Source: Candidatus Nomurabacteria bacterium (GTDB lineage: Bacteria > Patescibacteriota > Saccharimonadia > Saccharimonadales > CAIOMD01). Taken from it: a DNA stretch of 64,000 nt. The stretch is taken from assembly GCA_020631975.1 (NCBI GenBank), contig JACKGO010000003.1, positions 42,973-106,972 on the forward strand, read 5' to 3'. Under the pieces are notes generated by a model. It saw nothing but the letters and a program-made list of their open reading frames with translations, was not told where the DNA came from and made no database searches. The position numbers and the translations under genes were made by a program. This document shows, piece after piece, positions 58,534-64,000 of this stretch (position 1 is the stretch's first letter; each line of letters opens with the position of its first letter).

Positions 58534-59235
58534 CTACACCACCTTCTTACGTGTCGTTGTAACTTGTTTTTTGGTATCTTTTTCTACACTACCATCTTTA
58601 AGATACACAACCCTTTGGCATTTGCGTGCTAAATCTTCATCGTGTGTCACAATAACAAGTGTTGTGCCTAGTTTTTTATTTAGTGCAAATAGTAAATCTT
58701 CTATCATAAGGCCGTTTTCTGTGTCTAGGTTGCCTGTTGGTTCATCGGCAATTAATATGGATGGTTGGCTCACAATCGCTCGTGCAATTGCAATCCGTTG
58801 TTTTTGGCCACCAGACAGATCATTCGCCTTGCTATTCATCTTATCTGCCAAACCTACTTGCCGTATGGCTGTTTTGGCTCGCCGTAATCGATCTTTTTTT
58901 GCAACGCCCTGTATTTTTAGCGATAACGCTACGTTATTAAGAACACTATCGTTTGGCTGCAAAAAGAACTGCTGAAATATAATACCCACGTTCTGCCCAC
59001 GCCATGTATCAGTATCAAGCGCTTTAAAAATATCGATCCCCCCTGCGAGCACTTTGCCTGTTGTTGGTCTATCTAGGCCAATAAGTATATGAAGCAGAGT
59101 ACTTTTACCAGAGCCACTTTTGCCAACAATGGCGTTTGTAGTGCCTTCTTCAAAATCAAGAGCGATATTTTTTAGTGCACTAACAGCATTTTCTTTTTTG
59201 CCATATTTCTTAGTAACACCTTTAACACTCAGCAT
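58534..59235 (-). CDS. ABC transporter ATP-binding protein (MacB/LolD type)
   Basis: It has Walker A GKSGSGKST, signature LSGGQKQR and Walker B ILIADEPTGNLD. Confidence 0.9.
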   Translation of the reverse strand: MLSVKGVTKKYGKKENAVSALKNIALDFEEGTTNAIVGKSGSGKSTLLHILIGLDRPTTGKVLAGGIDIFKALDTDTWRGQNVGIIFQQFFLQPNDSVLNNVALSLKIQGVAKKDRLRRAKTAIRQVGLADKMNSKANDLSGGQKQRIAIARAIVSQPSILIADEPTGNLDTENGLMIEDLLFALNKKLGTTLVIVTHDEDLARKCQRVVYLKDGSVEKDTKKQVTTTRKKVV

Positions 59236-59283
59236 GCCTCTATTGTACTTGGTAACACAATAACTTAATAGGTCCTTCTATTA

Positions 59284-59314
59284 ACAAAAAAGACCTTTCA
59301 AAATCTGAAAAGTC
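59284..59314 (-). terminator. rho-independent terminator after tmRNA
   Basis: The minus strand reads GACTTTTC-AGATTTT-GAAAGGTC followed by TTTTTTG. Confidence 0.6.
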
Positions 59315-59319
59315 CCTTT

Positions 59320-59719
59320 TGGTGGAGCTGGCGGGTAATGCTCCCGCGTCCAGCGGTTAACGACACTGCAATTCTACAAGCATAGTTTATTTAATGGTCT
59401 TAGGCCACGACTGGCTAAATAAACAAAATAGTCGTGAGCAGCAATTTGAAAGTCTTACAACCATAGCTCAAATAGCACTATGGTTGGCATCCAGATATAT
59501 ATGAGATCTTATTGCCGTATCTGGCGTCTGGTAAAAAGATCGCTACCAGTAAATTAGGCAGCTAGTGCAAAAGCTTTTTGAGGAAATAGCTTTGCAGCTA
59601 AGTCCGCTATTAGGCTTTCGCGGTTAGATGTTTTTGCATCTGTTTAAGGTATCTATAACGGTGATAACCGACTTGCCTTGCAGATTGTTAAGGTCCACTG
59701 TCGAGCTAAAATCAGCCCC
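59320..59719 (-). ncRNA. ssrA: tmRNA (SsrA), ~400 nt
   Basis: The 5' end is GGGGCUGAUUUUAGCUCGAC and the 3' end is GGACGCGGG-AGCAUUA-CCCGCCAGCUCCACCA, giving a G3:U acceptor pair and a CCA end. The tag ORF is ...GCA AAA ACA ... GCU UUU GCA CUA GCU GCC UAA, ending in FALAA*. The resume codon is not determined. Confidence 0.85.
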
Positions 59720-59789
59720 ATAATTGGCGTATTTTTACATACACTAAATACGCCTCAATACGTATTATAGCATAAAAAGTATAGTTTTT

Positions 59790-61091
59790 CTAGTGGTGCG
59801 CTGAGGGTAGAGGTTCTGCACCGCTTGGAACTGCATATTTGTCATCGCGACCTGGCTTAAAGAAGATCCAAAATGATATACCAGCCAGTGTAATAATAAT
59901 GCTCGCTACAAATATAGGTACGTTCACACCAATAGCGGCAATATACCCGGCCATGATAGCTGGTATAGCTTGCGCTAAAGCCATGACGCTAGAATTAATA
60001 CCCAGCGACTCGCCTTGTAGTTCTTTGGGTGTAATCCGGCTAATAAGACTGGCAGTAAAGGCCATGGTCAAGCCGTTACCAAGTGCCAAAACAGGTGGAA
60101 TTAAGAATAACCACCGATACTCACCTGCTGGTATCATGGCGTAGCTCAGCAAACTTACTGCAGTTATAAATACACTTACTCTTAGTACTTGGTAGTCTTT
60201 GAAGCGTTTTGCAACAATACCAACAAAAACTCCTTGAGCGATGGCAATCCATAACCCAACATAAGCAAAATAATCACCTGTATTACTGACCGAAAAGTTA
60301 AATTTCTGGGCAAGTACAACACCAAAAAACGTGGTAAAAAAGGTAAACCCGGCAGTAAACAAAAAGCTTGTTGGCATAACACTGCGCAAACCTGGGCGGG
60401 AAAAGGCCGTCACTACATTATGAAACGGCCGTGAAAAGTCTATACGTGCGGTTTTACGTACTTTTAATGTTTCTGGCAAAAATAGTGTAATTAATATCAC
60501 GTTAAAGACACTTAAACCGGCCGCGAACCAAAATGGTGTAGTTGCATTAAACCAGCTCATAACAGATGGGTCGGCTAATTTTCCACCAATGTATGGACCT
60601 AATATAAAGCCTAGTCCAAATGCCATGCCAATTAAGCCAAAGTTTTTAGCCCGATTTTTAGCGGTACTAATATCGGCAATAGCAGCTTGAGCAACTGATA
60701 TATTACCACCCGTAAAGCCGTCTAGGATGCGCGATGCAAATAAGAGTGGAATATTTTTGGTTGCTAAGCCTATGGCAAAGAGTACATACCCAAGAGCTGT
60801 CCCAATAATAGACAACGTAAGAACAATTTTGCGGCCATATTTATCTGATAATTGCCCTAAGATAGGTGCTGCAATAAATTGTGCGAGTGGATATGCCGCA
60901 CTCAACCAGCCTAGTAAAATAACTCCTTGGGTAATCGTCCAACCATTTGGCAAAATAGAATCTGGCGAACCTGGCGTCACCAACAGCGGAAAAATCGGTA
61001 TTAGTATACCAACACCAACTAAATCAACAAATACCGTGGCAAACACGGCGAGCAGTGGATGGTTACCAATTTTTCTTTGTATACGTTGCAT
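59790..61091 (-). CDS. MFS transporter (drug/H+ antiporter-like)
   Basis: 433 aa with 12 TM helices. The MFS motif A-like sequence is GQLSDKYGRK. Confidence 0.8.
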   Translation of the reverse strand: MQRIQRKIGNHPLLAVFATVFVDLVGVGILIPIFPLLVTPGSPDSILPNGWTITQGVILLGWLSAAYPLAQFIAAPILGQLSDKYGRKIVLTLSIIGTALGYVLFAIGLATKNIPLLFASRILDGFTGGNISVAQAAIADISTAKNRAKNFGLIGMAFGLGFILGPYIGGKLADPSVMSWFNATTPFWFAAGLSVFNVILITLFLPETLKVRKTARIDFSRPFHNVVTAFSRPGLRSVMPTSFLFTAGFTFFTTFFGVVLAQKFNFSVSNTGDYFAYVGLWIAIAQGVFVGIVAKRFKDYQVLRVSVFITAVSLLSYAMIPAGEYRWLFLIPPVLALGNGLTMAFTASLISRITPKELQGESLGINSSVMALAQAIPAIMAGYIAAIGVNVPIFVASIIITLAGISFWIFFKPGRDDKYAVPSGAEPLPSAHH

Positions 61092-61134
61092 GAGACTTAT
61101 AACTTTAAAATATATAGTTAGTATACGACAGTTT

Positions 61135-61941
61135 TTACTGATTCGCTATATATTTTTTGGTAAGACGTACCCAATCATCTATAGAAAGTTCTTGCGCACG
61201 TGCCGACGCGTTTATAGATACACTGGCCAGTAGTTCGTCTACCTGCTGCTTTTCTAAATGTAAGCCACCACTGAGGCTGCTGCGTAGTTTTTTTCGGCGT
61301 TCATTAAAGCCAGCCTTAACGACCCGAAAAAAGGTTTTTTGAAGACTGTGTGGCACTAATGGTGATGGCCTACGCTGCATAATAATTACCTGTGAATCTA
61401 CTTTTGGTGGTGGCGTAAAAAGCGCAGCTGGTACAACAACACCTAGAGTTGTTGTGTTATAGACTTGCGCGCTGATACTTAGCAGCGACATAGCACCGGG
61501 TTGAGCAGCGATACGCTGTGCGACTTCTTTTTGAACAAGCAACACGGTGGTTTTTGGTGGATTAGCAGATTCGCATACAATACGCACAAGTTTAGACGTT
61601 AAATAATACGGAATATTTGCAACCACTTTGTAATCTTTTGGTAATGACCTAAAGTCAAACGTTAATATGTCATGCTCGATAACCTGTACGTTAGGCGCGT
61701 GAATATTTTTCATGAGCTGTGTGGCGAGTGCTGCATCATATTCCACTGCTGTCAGGCTCGCACCAGTGGCTAATAATGCTTGGGTGAGCGTACCAAGACC
61801 AGGACCAACCTCGAGAACTGTATCAGCAGCGCTAATATCGGCTGCCGCCACAATATTCGATAATGTTTCGTTATCTGTAAGCCAATGTTGGCCGAGCCGT
61901 TTATTTGGCCGTGAATCTACCACCATCCTTTTACTAACCAC
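61135..61941 (-). CDS. rsmA: 16S rRNA (adenine1518/1519-N6)-dimethyltransferase
   Basis: It has LGQHWLTD, the SAM motif VLEVGPGLGTLT and NIPYYLTS. Confidence 0.85.
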   Translation of the reverse strand: MVSKRMVVDSRPNKRLGQHWLTDNETLSNIVAAADISAADTVLEVGPGLGTLTQALLATGASLTAVEYDAALATQLMKNIHAPNVQVIEHDILTFDFRSLPKDYKVVANIPYYLTSKLVRIVCESANPPKTTVLLVQKEVAQRIAAQPGAMSLLSISAQVYNTTTLGVVVPAALFTPPPKVDSQVIIMQRRPSPLVPHSLQKTFFRVVKAGFNERRKKLRSSLSGGLHLEKQQVDELLASVSINASARAQELSIDDWVRLTKKYIANQ

Positions 61942-63116
61942 GCCTGGTAGGCACCTTGCCAGCCACCATAACGGCCAGAATATCCACTAAAGAATCGTAA
62001 TTGACATACTGGGTCAACTTGCCAATCAGGGCACGCTCTGGCGAGTTTAGACGATGGACACGCTTGGCCAAGGCCACCGCACCCACTACCACTCATTGCA
62101 GCTGGTCGCCAGCCAGATTCATGACCTATGATAAAATCAACAGCACCAAAATCAGACTCTGCAATACCAGCTGCTCGCATCCATTCGAGCTTATCGCCAC
62201 TAACATTGGCTTTGGTACCTTTGGTTTGTGTCTGCGTTGTAGGTTCGGTAACACGAACTTCTTGCAACACTACTCTGCCAACTTCACGGCCATCTCTTGT
62301 TTCTATTTCATAGGTTACCTTTTTAACACCAGGCTTACCTGGGCTGGTAACGGTAATTCTCCCAAGTGGTGCGCTTGGATCTGGAGTGGTTGCTGTTTCA
62401 AAAGGTATTGACTCTTCTGTTGTAACAACCTGCTTCCCAAACTTAGAAATAAATATTGCTAAATTTGGAGTAAGAGGTGTGTCTGCTGCCGGCGACAATG
62501 TAGCGCCTTCTTCTGGCGTGATATTACGTTCTGCTAACAGATCACCAATTGTCTTTACGTGGGTGCGATACGTCACCGGTCCAGAACCATACAAGTTAAT
62601 CGTCACTGGTGTTGCCCGATGAATGGTTATCTTTTCGCCGATAATTTGTTCGTCCACAAACGAATCGCCTGATTCAAGTGTGTAGGTATCTTCTGGGTAC
62701 ACTTTTACACCAGCTTTTTCGGCGACGAGTTTTGCGCCCTGATATGGCGTAAATGCACGCACTACTTTGCCAGCATCTATAATGCTTACAGGGCGCGCTT
62801 TATATACGTTTACCTTAAAATTATCATTATCTATAGCTGTGTCTTTAGCAGGTTCTACAAGGTCGTTTTCTGTAAGGGCTATATCTGTTTTTGTGAGCAG
62901 CTCGCCTACCGTTTTTGCACGTGTGGGTACCACGGTTTCTTCACCGTTGATATATAGACTTACAATATGGCTGTCTTCTGGCCCTATTGTCTGGCCATTG
63001 GCCACAACAAAACTGCTCGATAAAAAGGTAAATCCAAAAAGAATACCAAAGATACCTAAGGCAAAAGCGTGTTTATGAAAAAATGATGTTACAGATGTAT
63101 GTATATTCATGAACAA
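61917..63116 (-). CDS. RpfB/YabE-like wall hydrolase: DUF348 repeats + G5 domain + C-terminal lysozyme-like domain
   Basis: 399 aa with an N-terminal anchor. DUF348-like segments include VSLYINGEETVVPTRAKTVGELL. The G5 domain is PGKPGVKKVTYEIETRDGREV. The C-terminal GHESGWRPAAMSGSGCGGLGQ is transglycosylase-like. Confidence 0.7.
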   Translation of the reverse strand: MFMNIHTSVTSFFHKHAFALGIFGILFGFTFLSSSFVVANGQTIGPEDSHIVSLYINGEETVVPTRAKTVGELLTKTDIALTENDLVEPAKDTAIDNDNFKVNVYKARPVSIIDAGKVVRAFTPYQGAKLVAEKAGVKVYPEDTYTLESGDSFVDEQIIGEKITIHRATPVTINLYGSGPVTYRTHVKTIGDLLAERNITPEEGATLSPAADTPLTPNLAIFISKFGKQVVTTEESIPFETATTPDPSAPLGRITVTSPGKPGVKKVTYEIETRDGREVGRVVLQEVRVTEPTTQTQTKGTKANVSGDKLEWMRAAGIAESDFGAVDFIIGHESGWRPAAMSGSGCGGLGQACPSSKLARACPDWQVDPVCQLRFFSGYSGRYGGWQGAYQAWLVKGWW

Positions 63117-63218
63117 AAACCTCTACTTTGGAGCAAATGCGTTATTGGTATAAACAAATGTTTACTTCTTAACGTTCGGTTCTCAAAATAAAGGTACTGA
63201 ACATCATTATAGCATATT

Positions 63219-63680
63219 TTAGGCTATGTCTAGCAGCTGTAAGGCGTGGCGCGTTTCTTCTGCTAATGGCTGTGTTTTCGCTTTTGCTATAGGGAACCAT
63301 GCATGGTCAGCGATTTCATTATGGTTGATATGCAAGCGAGGTTTTTTATTCAGTTTTACCGTGTATAAACTATATGTGTAGAGTTTGCTTGCTTTGTAGT
63401 AGCGCTGTTGCCCCAGAGTGTGCACCTTTTTAATAGGTAAACTGCAGCCAATTTCTTCGCTTATTTCTCTAACTAGGCCATCAAGCACTGATTCTGATGC
63501 ATGCACACCACCGCCTGGTAATCGCCACCTTTGGTGTAGGCCAAGCCAGTTTTTTGTTAGTAAAACTTCGTCTTTTACTACTAGTATTACATACGCACGA
63601 TGTGAGCCATATAGCCAGATACGTATAAACGGATAGGTACAAATATAGGTAATTTTTCCTAACGCGCGGGAATGCTTCAT
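63219..63680 (-). CDS. NUDIX hydrolase
   Basis: 153 aa. The Nudix box is GGGVHASESVLDGLVREISEEIG. Confidence 0.8.
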   Translation of the reverse strand: MKHSRALGKITYICTYPFIRIWLYGSHRAYVILVVKDEVLLTKNWLGLHQRWRLPGGGVHASESVLDGLVREISEEIGCSLPIKKVHTLGQQRYYKASKLYTYSLYTVKLNKKPRLHINHNEIADHAWFPIAKAKTQPLAEETRHALQLLDIA

Positions 63681-64000
63681 GATACCTTTTCTAGAGGGGC
63701 AAAACTAATATTTAACCGCTTAATGCCCTTGCCACCAAACTGGACTGCAGCTACTTCACCATCTAGATCTACCACGATTCCCCTCCCAAACACTTGGTGA
63801 TTAACTGTGTCGCCTGGGTGTAATTCTGGCACATATCGTGGCTCTGATGATTCGGGCTGATTATTGTCTAAAACTCCTGCCGATGCATAGCCTGTGTAGG
63901 CAGCTTTTTTAATATGCTGTGCGTTAATTTCGGCTATAAACCTACTGGGGACGTAATGTTGAACACCACCATACAGAACCCTACTATCTGCATAGGTAAG
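63677..64000 (-). CDS. C-terminal end of a UvrD/PcrA-type DNA helicase (partial, continues beyond window)
   Basis: My translation is ...SRFIAEINAQHI...GDTVNHQVFGRGIVVDLDGEVAAVQFGGKGIKRLNISFAPLEKVS*, which matches the conserved PcrA/UvrD C-terminal motif. The stop forms an ATGA overlap with the NUDIX start. Confidence 0.7.
   Translation of the reverse strand, partial: LTYADSRVLYGGVQHYVPSRFIAEINAQHIKKAAYTGYASAGVLDNNQPESSEPRYVPELHPGDTVNHQVFGRGIVVDLDGEVAAVQFGGKGIKRLNISFAPLEKVS

Overview
This is a 64-kb window from a compact, gene-dense bacterial chromosome. 56 of 62 protein genes, all five tRNAs and the tmRNA lie on the minus strand. The standard genetic code applies, because TGA acts as a stop in several ATGA stop/start overlaps. 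The content fits a monoderm Patescibacteria/CPR genome, most like Saccharibacteria: small coupled operons, many exported or membrane proteins of unknown function, LysM-CHAP and G5/Rpf-like wall hydrolases, a trehalase, a sortase and no outer-membrane genes. That placement is inference only. No search tools were available, so all calls rest on motifs read from the ORF track and the DNA.

Recognisable housekeeping genes:
- DNA repair: uvrA, uvrC, sbcB, class II photolyase and a PcrA/UvrD C-terminus.
- Translation and RNA: metG, rsmA, mnmA, trhO, obg, tmRNA, and tRNA-Cys/Gly/Phe/Val/Leu.
- Envelope and division: secG, mltG, ruvX, ftsA.
- Other: pheA, cysteine desulfurase, tatD, several ABC/MFS/DMT transporters.

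Most interesting regions:
1. 36.7-44.5 kb holds seven exported proteins: four paralogous beta-rich secreted proteins with a fimbrial/WxL-like C-terminal strand, a DUF916/chaperone-like anchored protein, a PKD protein and a beta-helix protein. No described pilus pathway explains the set.
2. 44.5-50.4 kb is an F1-type ATPase operon (b, delta, alpha, gamma, beta, epsilon) that lacks subunits a and c. In their place is a 280-aa exported protein whose last 66 aa look like a c-subunit hairpin without the ion-binding carboxylate.
3. 1.3-6.5 kb is a PNAG-like exopolysaccharide locus with an embedded sortase and an unannotated 57-aa ORF that is essentially a bare LPNTG sorting signal.
4. tRNA-Gly, tRNA-Cys and the tmRNA carry non-canonical D-loop/T-loop sequences that appear mutually compensated.
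5. A structured roughly 200-nt leader precedes the LysM-CHAP hydrolase gene.

No CRISPR array, IS element, integrase or prophage was seen.
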